A model generated the notes under the pieces. It did not search any database. It was given only the letters and a program-made list of their open reading frames with translations, and had not been told where the DNA came from. Made by a program: the position numbers and the translations under genes. From IMG/VR virus record IMGVR_UViG_3300027899_000014, positions 1,176 to 65,175 of that record: a stretch of DNA of 64,000 nt; one strand, 5' to 3'. Shown here piece by piece: positions 8,937-16,811 of the stretch (position 1 is the stretch's first letter; each line of letters begins with the position of its first letter). This DNA comes from a virus (taxonomy: Duplodnaviria > Caudoviricetes).

Positions 8937-10235
8937 TTATTTAATTTTGCTAGAAAGATCAGCAATTTCTTTATCTTCGCGAACCTCAAGGAAAACCGGA
9001 AGGAATAAAGATTCTGCACCATTTGTATTTTTGATTCTAGCATTATATTTTACTGCAATAATCTTGCCCAAATAATCTGATGGAGGAGCATTTCTTTGTT
9101 CATCGGTAAATCCAGAACCAACATATACTCTTACAATACCATCAGCAGACTCACAGTACAGAGAACCAATAGCATCAGCGTATTTACCTGTACCAGGTAT
9201 TACAGAAACCACGCTCAAATCGCAATCTAATTCAGCTTTGAACTTGATTTGACCTTTTGACCTTTTGTTTTCCCATAATGATTTAGGATCTTTAAGAATG
9301 ATACCTTCATGCCCATCAGCAAGATACTTTTGAAATATCTCTTGAGTTTGTTCTATTGAATGAACATCAAATGTTTCTACTAAATTAATTTTCATTGCTA
9401 TAACAAATCTATCGACAAGATATTTCAATCTATTAAATCTATAGCTATAATTTTGTAACGTAGAGCCAGCAATGAAATCATCATAAGGTATTAAATCCCA
9501 AAGAGTAGCAACAACTCTATCTGCTTCTTCTTCTGATATAGTGCCCTTTACTGCTTTATTTAGAATACCATTACCAGTTTGTCGGTCACATATTTTGCAA
9601 TCATCATTTATTACTAGAAGTTCACCATCAAATACCAGGTCTTTATGATTTGCCAGGTCAATAAACTCCTGGCCAAGACTATCTAAACCAGTAATCTCTT
9701 TACCACTCCTAGAACGAAACTCAACAGTGCCATTCTTAACAATAGCATTAAATCTCATACCATCTTCTTTCTTTTGGACGATAGCTGGGAATTTAATCTT
9801 ATCAACTAATTTTTGTTCAAAGGGAGAACATAACATACATGGATATTCAGGAATTAGGTTCTTCCAGACTTTATTGATAGTTGAGGTATTAACACCACAC
9901 TTCAGGTCTTTTTGGATAATTCGTTCAATAACTTTAGCATCATCGCTAGAAATACAAGACAATATTTCTTTTAAAACAAAAATAGCATTATTACCAGTAA
10001 ACATTCTGGTAGATAATTTAGATAAACTATCAATTGCCCACTTTAACTCGTAGGGTGAATCCATAAGTTCATATTCATATTGAGGAATCTTTCTTTGATA
10101 GAACTGAGTGAATGGGTCATTAGCAAGACGACAAACCGCTTTCAGAAGGTCATTGTCTTTGTGTTTGGTCAACAACTCAATCTTGAAGTTTCTAGAATTG
10201 TTTTGTTCAAGTTCTTGTAATATCTGTAGTATCAT
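8937..10235 (-). CDS. 30: ATP-dependent DNA ligase (T4 gp30-like)
   Basis: KEDGMR adenylation motif, FDGEL, EGIILK, WENKRS, VGSGF, LFLPVF. Confidence 0.95.
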   Translation of the reverse strand: MILQILQELEQNNSRNFKIELLTKHKDNDLLKAVCRLANDPFTQFYQRKIPQYEYELMDSPYELKWAIDSLSKLSTRMFTGNNAIFVLKEILSCISSDDAKVIERIIQKDLKCGVNTSTINKVWKNLIPEYPCMLCSPFEQKLVDKIKFPAIVQKKEDGMRFNAIVKNGTVEFRSRSGKEITGLDSLGQEFIDLANHKDLVFDGELLVINDDCKICDRQTGNGILNKAVKGTISEEEADRVVATLWDLIPYDDFIAGSTLQNYSYRFNRLKYLVDRFVIAMKINLVETFDVHSIEQTQEIFQKYLADGHEGIILKDPKSLWENKRSKGQIKFKAELDCDLSVVSVIPGTGKYADAIGSLYCESADGIVRVYVGSGFTDEQRNAPPSDYLGKIIAVKYNARIKNTNGAESLFLPVFLEVREDKEIADLSSKIK

Positions 10236-10249
10236 AATAAGTTTCTCAG

Positions 10250-10459
10250 TTATATTAAATTAATATCAATTGTTTCACCAACTCTGAAGATCCTAACTTT
10301 GTACTTCATTTCAAAAAACCTTTTTTCATCTCTAGTCAAAACTGCATTGTAGCCTTGAGCACATTTCTTAGCATCTTCTTTCTTGTCGAAAGATTTTACC
10401 ATAGTAGTACCTTCTTCGCCATTTGCACCATTAAAACTATAAACACCGTATTTAAACAT
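10250..10459 (-). CDS. Hypothetical early protein
   Basis: 69-aa ORF packed in the early operon. Confidence 0.6.
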   Translation of the reverse strand: MFKYGVYSFNGANGEEGTTMVKSFDKKEDAKKCAQGYNAVLTRDEKRFFEMKYKVRIFRVGETIDINLI

Positions 10460-10461
10460 AA

Positions 10462-10653
10462 TTAAACCTCTTTATAGTAAGAAGGGTCGTCAAAAACGAC
10501 TTCATTGATAATCCAAGCAATGATAGAATCTCTATCAGTTGGAGCAATATGACGAGGGCGAACCCCATTAACATCTTTGAACCAATCAGAGAATTCTCCG
10601 AAAAGGTCTTCGATTGGCATTGCTTTGTATTTTTCTACGATTTTGTTACTCAT
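10462..10653 (-). CDS. Hypothetical early protein (start MSNKIV)
   Basis: SD GAGG before ATG 10653; SDWFKDVNGVRPR motif of the type seen in small phage proteins. Confidence 0.65.
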   Translation of the reverse strand: MSNKIVEKYKAMPIEDLFGEFSDWFKDVNGVRPRHIAPTDRDSIIAWIINEVVFDDPSYYKEV

Positions 10654-10672
10654 AATATAATTCCTCAAAAAT

Positions 10673-10777
10673 TTAGATATTATCCAATGCAAGGATAACT
10701 GTTGGGATGATTAACTGAAACATAACTGGTATGCTTAGTAGTAAATCTGATACGGGTTTTAATATTTCTTTATTCAT
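10673..10777 (-). CDS. 34-aa hydrophobic peptide, first gene after an early promoter; not in ORF track
   Basis: MNKEILKPVSDLLLSIPVMFQLIIPTVILALDNI, preceded by the GAGA..ACTATATTATG leader shared with other early genes. Confidence 0.45.
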   Translation of the reverse strand: MNKEILKPVSDLLLSIPVMFQLIIPTVILALDNI

Positions 10778-10790
10778 AATATAGTATCTC

Positions 10791-10849
10791 AATTAATTAG
10801 TTTATGGGTCTATTATAACACTTTTTCAGAGAATGTATACATTTATTTT
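10791..10849 (-). promoter_or_regulatory. Strong sigma70-type early promoter (repeat family copy)
   Basis: Minus strand AAAATAAATGTATACA-17 nt-TATAATAGACCCATAAA; near-identical to 11744-11800. Confidence 0.75.
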
Positions 10850-11466
10850 CACTTTTTTATTAATTTTATTGATCCATCATGACTTACAAAATATGCTTCA
10901 AATTTGATCTTAGGGAATAATTGTTTTAATTGAAGAAACTTAGTAAGATTACTTATAGCATCATCGAATAGACTTACTCTATCAAATTGACCAGTCTTTA
11001 GATAGTTGTGTATGATTACAAACTTTTTATCGGCTGCGGCAGCAATATCATTTATATTGCCAGCTCGTTCTACACGAACCTTATCAATATTAAATCTATG
11101 CTTTCTGAAAGTATTTAGAAAAACTTCTTTATTATCGAAGTTTGCTCGAGCAGTAACAACTATTACTTTACTAAGAGGATTTTTAGATGAATGGGATAGA
11201 ATTGCTTTTGCTCTATCCATCATTCTTGAGATAGGTTTGGATTCTTTATTAAACTTTTCAGCATCTCTGAATTCATCGAAATCAAATGATTCGCCTGCTT
11301 TAAGCGAATAGGTATTAAACTCTTGATTTGAAAGTTTCTTTATTACTTTGCCATCTTTGACTAAAGCAATTTGTGCAGTTGTATGAAATAGCGTATCATC
11401 TATATCAAATATAGAAAGTCTACCTAATTTATTTTCTTCTGATAAAAAATCTTTAAATGATTCCAT
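10849..11466 (-). CDS. Cap-less HAD-family phosphatase with a capsid-targeting-like N-terminus
   Basis: IFDIDDTL (motif I), VTAR (II), K (III), FDD (IV); MESFKDFLSEE start resembles the T4 internal-protein leader. Confidence 0.75.
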   Translation of the reverse strand: MESFKDFLSEENKLGRLSIFDIDDTLFHTTAQIALVKDGKVIKKLSNQEFNTYSLKAGESFDFDEFRDAEKFNKESKPISRMMDRAKAILSHSSKNPLSKVIVVTARANFDNKEVFLNTFRKHRFNIDKVRVERAGNINDIAAAADKKFVIIHNYLKTGQFDRVSLFDDAISNLTKFLQLKQLFPKIKFEAYFVSHDGSIKLIKK

Positions 11467-11516
11467 TCTCTTTACTTCTTTGATTAACATTTATTCTATT
11501 TATCTTTTCTATTACA

Positions 11517-11735
11517 TTAAAACAGTAAAGAAGGTTGTCTAGCAGGTAAATCTGCTTCGCAAGTAATTCTTTTTTTGTCAACCATAACATTATGCTTACC
11601 TGTAGCATTCCACAAGGTTTCAAGTTTTAACATTTCATTATATGAAACATTAACATCAACAACAACATCGGCTCTTGGCCAAACACCAACAGCCATTTTA
11701 CCTACTACTCTTACATTATATTTTTTCATTTTCAA
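11517..11735 (-). CDS. Hypothetical early protein
   Basis: ORF directly downstream of an early promoter. Confidence 0.5.
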   Translation of the reverse strand: MKMKKYNVRVVGKMAVGVWPRADVVVDVNVSYNEMLKLETLWNATGKHNVMVDKKRITCEADLPARQPSLLF

Positions 11736-11743
11736 TTTCCAAT

Positions 11744-11800
11744 TTAATTAATTTATGGGTCTATTATAACACTTTTTCAGGAAATGTATACGTTTATTTT
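11744..11800 (-). promoter_or_regulatory. Strong sigma70-type early promoter (repeat family copy)
   Basis: Minus strand AAAATAAACGTATACA...GTGTTATAATAGACCCATAAA. Confidence 0.75.
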
Positions 11801-11840
11801 TAATTAATTTGGAAATAGTCTATTTCCTAGAAAGAAACAC

Positions 11841-12032
11841 TCAACGCGAGGCCTTCACATATTCTAATTGAGTATTCAAATATTCTTCATAATCATCTAA
11901 TAATTTAGTTGACTTGATTTTGCTATACATCTTTTCAAAATCACCATGGCCATCTCCATGATAAAAATAAACAGGTTCACCATCAAATGTAGTATTAACT
12001 ACACTAATTTCTGTTATAAAATTCTCAATCAT
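11841..12032 (-). CDS. Hypothetical early protein
   Basis: SD GGAG; own GTTTACA...TATAAT promoter at about 12060-12100. Confidence 0.6.
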   Translation of the reverse strand: MIENFITEISVVNTTFDGEPVYFYHGDGHGDFEKMYSKIKSTKLLDDYEEYLNTQLEYVKASR

Positions 12033-12132
12033 TGTAATCTCCTATATAATATTTAATTTATAAATCTATTATACAACATTTTTAGGAAATGTAAACGTGT
12101 TTTAAAATAAATAAGAATATACGGAGATAAAA

Positions 12133-12393
12133 ATGAACACAGAAAATCTATATTCGAGATGGAGACCGGCGATAGCCTGGTCATATATGGTGATATGTTT
12201 ATTTGATTTTATGGTTGGACCAATAATTTATAATACTTTTCAGTATTTAAAAGATGGTACTGATATATCAATGTGGGAAAGCATTACACTTCAAGGAGGA
12301 GGTTTATATCATCTTTCGATGGGAGCTATAGTGGGAGTATCTGCCTTTGGTAGAACTAAAGAAAAACTAGCATCTCTAATGCCAAAAGAATAA
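12133..12393 (+). CDS. Holin-like membrane protein (GTA 3TM holin-like)
   Basis: WRPAIAWSY...GRTKEK motifs with hydrophobic segments; SD GGAG; late-type AATAAATA upstream; next to the endolysin. Confidence 0.7.
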   Translation: MNTENLYSRWRPAIAWSYMVICLFDFMVGPIIYNTFQYLKDGTDISMWESITLQGGGLYHLSMGAIVGVSAFGRTKEKLASLMPKE

Positions 12394-12400
12394 ATATAAT

Positions 12401-12480
12401 GATGCAACTATCTGCGTTCAAATCCTAAGGCGATAATTTCAAGATGGGAAAGTATGCATCGGGTCACAGATAGTTGTATC
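12401..12480 (+). ncRNA. Candidate ~80-nt structured small RNA
   Basis: GATGCAACTATCTG (12401-14) pairs with CAGATAGTTGTATC (12467-80), 14 bp with one G-U; AATAAATA at 12389-96 immediately upstream. Confidence 0.4.
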
Positions 12481-12513
12481 ACATCATTTAACAATCCTAG
12501 ATATTGCTTATAA

Positions 12514-12642
12514 CTATAAAAGTTTTGCTACTGTGTAATTAAATAAAAATTCTATTAAAGACCACACCGCGTATATAATAAAATAGCAAATTGTAAATAT
12601 TCCAAAAATAGATATACCTATCAGAATTGTTAAGTTATACAT
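12514..12642 (-). CDS. 42-aa membrane peptide downstream of the endolysin; not in ORF track
   Basis: SD AAGGA; MYNLTILIGISIFGIFTICYFIIYAVWSLIEFLFNYTVAKLL. Confidence 0.55.
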   Translation of the reverse strand: MYNLTILIGISIFGIFTICYFIIYAVWSLIEFLFNYTVAKLL

Positions 12643-12650
12643 AAAAATCC

Positions 12651-13064
12651 TTAAATTGTTTTGCCTGCCTGTAAATCTTTCAATGTCAAACCACCTGTAT
12701 ATTGGCAGTGAGCTAGTTCTTTAAACGTTTTCCAATTTCCTGCCCATTCAAGACCTAATGATTCTGCGATTTTACCACATTTATTAAATGTTACAGTATC
12801 ATTCCATTGCGCTTTACCACCAACAACTGGACAAAAATCAAACGCTATTTTATAGTTGTGAAAGGATTGACCGCCTTTAGCATTGGTTACTTTATTACCA
12901 GGAGTAGTTCTTCCCTGAGCATATAAGGCATTTTGTGATTCGTTATCTCTATATGTAGATGTAATTAAAACATCAATATTATCATCAGCACATTTTTCAA
13001 TAAATTGTTTACATAGATGTGCTACTCTTGGATGCAAATCTTCTATCTTTCTGCTGTTAATCAT
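12651..13064 (-). CDS. Endolysin, peptidase M15 (L-Ala-D-Glu peptidase type)
   Basis: YR..ESQNALYAQGRT, GGQSFHNY..AFD, W..FKELAHCQ. Confidence 0.92.
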   Translation of the reverse strand: MINSRKIEDLHPRVAHLCKQFIEKCADDNIDVLITSTYRDNESQNALYAQGRTTPGNKVTNAKGGQSFHNYKIAFDFCPVVGGKAQWNDTVTFNKCGKIAESLGLEWAGNWKTFKELAHCQYTGGLTLKDLQAGKTI

Positions 13065-13067
13065 AGT

Positions 13068-13340
13068 TTATCCTACTGCATCGCATAATGCATGTAAAGG
13101 TAACGTGGGAATTAATGTATTATTTATTAAACTAAATTCTAAACGTTTTTCATACGTATCCAGTCCATTTTTTTCAAGTACCTTAACACCTATAATAGGA
13201 ACAGAATCTTTATTAAGTCTTGAATATATAATTTTTCCGTCAACATAGATTCTCCTAGCAATCCATCCTTGGAGTATTATATTTGCAAATTTAACCGCAT
13301 CTTCAAGTAACTTTTGATTGCTTAAATTAATGTTGTTCAT
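13068..13340 (-). CDS. Hypothetical protein
   Basis: 90-aa ORF tightly packed in the operon. Confidence 0.55.
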   Translation of the reverse strand: MNNINLSNQKLLEDAVKFANIILQGWIARRIYVDGKIIYSRLNKDSVPIIGVKVLEKNGLDTYEKRLEFSLINNTLIPTLPLHALCDAVG

Positions 13341-13346
13341 AGTTAA

Positions 13347-13646
13347 TTATTTTAAAATTATTCTAGATTCTGGAACTACGATTGGACTAAACACTCGTTT
13401 ATACTCAGTTACCAGTGCTTCGGCAGGATCTGCTTCAATAGCTATTGAATGAAGGTATACTTTGATAGGGCCTTGAGCAAAGGGCATCACAGGAGCTATA
13501 GCAACTCTTACGCCAGCTTCTGTTTCTTGAAGGACAATATTAGCAGGATTTTTAATATAATAGTATTCACCATATTTACTATCAACCACTTCACCAATCA
13601 TATCTTCCCCGATTTGGGACTTAAAAACTCTTATATCACTCATCAT
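13347..13646 (-). CDS. Conserved T4-like hypothetical protein, possible Sm-like fold
   Basis: K..IGEDMIGEV...IKNP...P.MPFA pattern; follows hsp20. Confidence 0.6.
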   Translation of the reverse strand: MMSDIRVFKSQIGEDMIGEVVDSKYGEYYYIKNPANIVLQETEAGVRVAIAPVMPFAQGPIKVYLHSIAIEADPAEALVTEYKRVFSPIVVPESRIILK

Positions 13647-13666
13647 ATTCTCGCTTTAGTAAAAGG

Positions 13667-13707
13667 AACCTCCCAGGTATCTAATTAAATCTACCTGGGA
13701 GGTTTTT
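13667..13707. terminator. Strong (bidirectional-type) terminator hairpin after hsp20
   Basis: AACCTCCCAGGTA...TACCTGGGAGGTT 13-bp inverted repeat flanked by A and T runs. Confidence 0.8.
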
Positions 13708-13712
13708 ATTAT

Positions 13713-14171
13713 TTATTCAGTCAATAATTCAACATCTTGTTTTCCATCACCAATAAGAATCTTTTTAGGTTTCTTATGTTCAGGAATCACATTTTCAAGA
13801 TAAACAGATAAAATGCCATCAATGAATTCTGCATCTTTTACAACTACAGTATCTGCTAGCTTTATTGTTTTTCTAAATGATTTTGCACTAATACCTTTAT
13901 GAAGATATTCAATCTCATCATCAACACCAGTTTTATTTCCAGTCATAATAAGAACACAATCTTCAACAGTAATTTCTAGTTCATCTCTGGAAAAACCAGC
14001 CACTGCTAATTCAACAACATATTCATTGTCATTGTATTTAATTATATTATGGGGAGGATATATTTTAGTTTGATTTGTAGGTTGAGTTGAATACTTTTCA
14101 ATATCACTTAGGATTCTTTCTAATCCTAAAAATTGATTGAAGTATGGTAACGTGCTGTGATTTACTATCAT
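13713..14171 (-). CDS. Small heat shock protein Hsp20 (IbpA-like)
   Basis: YPPHNI, ELAVAGF, YLHKGIS, A.F.DGILSV.L. Confidence 0.93.
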   Translation of the reverse strand: MIVNHSTLPYFNQFLGLERILSDIEKYSTQPTNQTKIYPPHNIIKYNDNEYVVELAVAGFSRDELEITVEDCVLIMTGNKTGVDDEIEYLHKGISAKSFRKTIKLADTVVVKDAEFIDGILSVYLENVIPEHKKPKKILIGDGKQDVELLTE

Positions 14172-14178
14172 TTTTATT

Positions 14179-14227
14179 TCTCCATTTCTGCGAGATTAAT
14201 TAATAATTCTATCCTTTCGGCATAGAA
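14179..14227 (-). promoter_or_regulatory. ROSE-like RNA thermometer in the hsp20 leader
   Basis: UCUC(G)CA-GAAA-UGGAGA hairpin with a bulged G opposite the GGAG SD; upstream hairpin UUCUAU..GAAA..AUAGAA. Confidence 0.55.
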
Positions 14228-14362
14228 GGTTAAGGTTCCAGTTACGAATCTGGAATACCTCTCACGTGGGTATCGATCGGCGAACATCTATGTCCTTCAC
14301 GCACTTTTTATTTAAAGTCTAAAGTGATAAAGACTACCTACCTCGGGAGAAGGGGTGTTCTT

Positions 14363-14572
14363 TTATTCGTCGTTAGCCGCAACTTCTGCTAAAACATCTT
14401 TTTCAATTTCAGCAACTTGAACAGTTCCTTGTGACCTAATTTCATTGATTAATTCTGCAACAACTTCATAGGGTTGTTTTGCTAAAGAAGCTAAAATGGT
14501 ATTAATACCACGCACATTTAGTTTTAAATCAATTAAACTTTCTTCAATTTTCAATTTTTGTTCTTCATTCAT
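14363..14572 (-). CDS. Hypothetical protein
   Basis: 69-aa ORF after regA; INTILASLAKQPYEVVAELI pattern. Confidence 0.65.
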   Translation of the reverse strand: MNEEQKLKIEESLIDLKLNVRGINTILASLAKQPYEVVAELINEIRSQGTVQVAEIEKDVLAEVAANDE

Positions 14573-14574
14573 AT

Positions 14575-14988
14575 TTATTTTCTCTTGTTTGAACCAATAG
14601 TATATTTCGATGTTAGAGTCCAGTTCTTTTTGTCTTTATAAGAGACAATCTTAATCTGGGATAATGACGCTTTATTTTCTGCTTGCGCAGGATTTACTAT
14701 AGTTAAAAGTCCCCAGTCTCCTAGCAGACTTGCTATAGCATTTCTTCTTTCAATATCATTATTAGTGATATTGGATTCTTTACCGTCCAAAGCAAACAAC
14801 TCTTTGAAATGAACGATAAAATATTTGCCTTGCTTATGCAATATATGGCATGATTGGTATAGTGTATTATCTTTTTTAGATGCAATACCAATTCTTGTCA
14901 AAGTTTCACAGACCTTCAAAAATGCATCAGGGTCAGGTAACGTCACCTCAAGCATACTAGTGTAAGTCCAGTCATAAAAAATATCCAT
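14575..14988 (-). CDS. regA: Translational repressor RegA
   Basis: FLKVCETLTRIGIAS, LYQSCHILHKQGKYFIVHFKELF. Confidence 0.97.
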   Translation of the reverse strand: MDIFYDWTYTSMLEVTLPDPDAFLKVCETLTRIGIASKKDNTLYQSCHILHKQGKYFIVHFKELFALDGKESNITNNDIERRNAIASLLGDWGLLTIVNPAQAENKASLSQIKIVSYKDKKNWTLTSKYTIGSNKRK

Positions 14989-14990
14989 TT

Positions 14991-15368
14991 TTAATACCCG
15001 CCTTTATACAATTTTTGTTCAATAATGGCAAGTTGATCATTGGTTAGGATATCCAATGCTTGTCTTGCCTTTTCATCGGAATACTTAAAGTATTCCTTAA
15101 CTAATAAAAATGATTTAGAGTCTTTGTCTTTCTTTGCCCATTTACCAAATCTTTTCTTCTTAGTTATTGTATTTATCAAATATTGAAATTGCATATCATT
15201 ATCTAAATTATAAAATCTATTCATCTCATTGGCGTACAAAATAGTATCTGAATGCTGAGATAATCCTCTATTCACCATAAATGAATTATAATCTTTAACT
15301 GCTTGAGGATCTACAAATAGATTTTCTTTTGTTTGGGTAATAGCATTAATAAAGTCAAATGGAGTCAT
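14991..15368 (-). CDS. 62: Clamp loader small subunit gp62
   Basis: FMVNRGLS, KKRFGKWAK, YFKYSDEKA; synteny with regA and 44. Confidence 0.9.
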   Translation of the reverse strand: MTPFDFINAITQTKENLFVDPQAVKDYNSFMVNRGLSQHSDTILYANEMNRFYNLDNDMQFQYLINTITKKKRFGKWAKKDKDSKSFLLVKEYFKYSDEKARQALDILTNDQLAIIEQKLYKGGY

Positions 15369-15709
15369 TATAAAATTCCTGTCTCATCTAAATTTTCAGC
15401 TGTAATTGCAAATCTTTTATTTGGAAATCTATCGGATAACCTATCTTGTAGAGATACTATATCCACACCATGTGAAAGATATGAACTATCTTTTAATTTA
15501 TACATAAAAATAATATTATCATGTACTTCCAAATACGCTAAGATGTCATCTATAATTGGTTGATCATCTTCATCTATATATTCATCTTCGTCGTATTCTA
15601 AAAATAATTCGCCGTTTTCAAATTTACTTATAGTTCTGCGGACTCCATACCAATATCCTATTCCTCCAGTTAATAGTGCCAATATTAAAGTTAGATAATC
15701 CATTTCCAT
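15368..15709 (-). CDS. Hypothetical membrane-anchored acidic protein
   Basis: N-terminal TM helix LTLILALLTGGIGYWYG. Confidence 0.6.
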   Translation of the reverse strand: MEMDYLTLILALLTGGIGYWYGVRRTISKFENGELFLEYDEDEYIDEDDQPIIDDILAYLEVHDNIIFMYKLKDSSYLSHGVDIVSLQDRLSDRFPNKRFAITAENLDETGIL

Positions 15710-15717
15710 ATTAACAC

Positions 15718-16683
15718 CTATTTAAATTTACAAGAAGACATTATTTCAACCATAGCTGACATTATATTTATCTCTTGATCTGCTACAAAAGCGCTTTTAA
15801 ATTGATAATCACCAATAATAATAATTAATTGAGGAATACTTGATTGATCTAGAACATTGGTTGCATTATCATATAAATGTCGGAATAATGATGGAGCATC
15901 AGCATCTGCACTTGCAACCCATTTACGCACAGAAGTAAAATCTTTTTCTTTAAGACCTTTAATTAATTCTTTATAAGAGTCCGTAGATACATTGACAAAA
16001 ATTCCAGAGTCAATTTTACCCGCTACAGAATATCTCTGAAGTTCATTTAATATCCTTCTATAATCTGGAAAATGTTTTGTTACTAATTCAGCAACTACCT
16101 TTGGATCAAACTCTATATTTTCTTGCTTCAAGATACGGGTAGCACGTTTGAAAAACAATGCAGCCATTTCTTGTTTATCTTTAGGATCTATTTTAAAATC
16201 TATAGTAGCACAACGCGAGTGCAAGGGTTCTATAATACGATTTTTAAAATTACAAGTAAATATAAACCTCACATTGGAAGAAAATTCTTCCATATAATTA
16301 CGAAGAAAAGGTTGTACAGATTCAGCATTTAAATAATCTGCTTCATCAATAATAATAACCTTCTTTGCATCAGTTAATGATACAGAAGAGGAAAATCCAG
16401 AAATTGCATTACGAAATTCATCAATCCTTCTTCCTTCATCGGATCCATTAAGCATTATATATTCTGCTCTAATTTCATTACATAAAGCTTTAGCTATAGT
16501 AGTTTTACCTACTCCAGCTGTCCCGCTTAATAGTAAATGTGGAATTTGTTCTTGATTAATATAATTTCTAAAAGATACTTTAATATGTTCTGGCAATATA
16601 CAATCATCTATAACTTGAGGTCTATATTTTTCAGTCCAAATAAATTGATTTTCTAACATATCAATATTCATAAAATTCTCCAT
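15718..16683 (-). CDS. 44: Clamp loader large subunit gp44
   Basis: WTEKYRP, GTAGVGKTT, IIDEAD, PLHSRC. Confidence 0.96.
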   Translation of the reverse strand: MENFMNIDMLENQFIWTEKYRPQVIDDCILPEHIKVSFRNYINQEQIPHLLLSGTAGVGKTTIAKALCNEIRAEYIMLNGSDEGRRIDEFRNAISGFSSSVSLTDAKKVIIIDEADYLNAESVQPFLRNYMEEFSSNVRFIFTCNFKNRIIEPLHSRCATIDFKIDPKDKQEMAALFFKRATRILKQENIEFDPKVVAELVTKHFPDYRRILNELQRYSVAGKIDSGIFVNVSTDSYKELIKGLKEKDFTSVRKWVASADADAPSLFRHLYDNATNVLDQSSIPQLIIIIGDYQFKSAFVADQEINIMSAMVEIMSSCKFK

Positions 16684-16700
16684 AGTAAAAATTCATTTTG

Positions 16701-16708
16701 TATAAATA
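16701..16708 (+). promoter_or_regulatory. T4-type late promoter for the Seg-like endonuclease
   Basis: Exact TATAAATA. Confidence 0.55.
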
Positions 16709-16748
16709 ACTATTATATAACAAAAATTATTATATGTAAACAAAAATT

Positions 16749-16795
16749 GGTAGTCACGATGCGTCAACATCTACTACCTCTACACATTCTAACAG
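16749..16795 (+). promoter_or_regulatory. HEG-leader structured motif, copy 1
   Basis: GGTAG TCAC GATG cgtcaa CATC TA CTACC TCTA cacattctaacag. Confidence 0.65.
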
Positions 16796-16811
16796 CAATC
16801 AAGAGATCACT

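Noticed and set aside
12401-12480. tRNA gene suggested by GTTCAAATCC
   Set aside because: No 5-bp T stem, anticodon arm or acceptor/CCA arrangement; kept only as a candidate ncRNA
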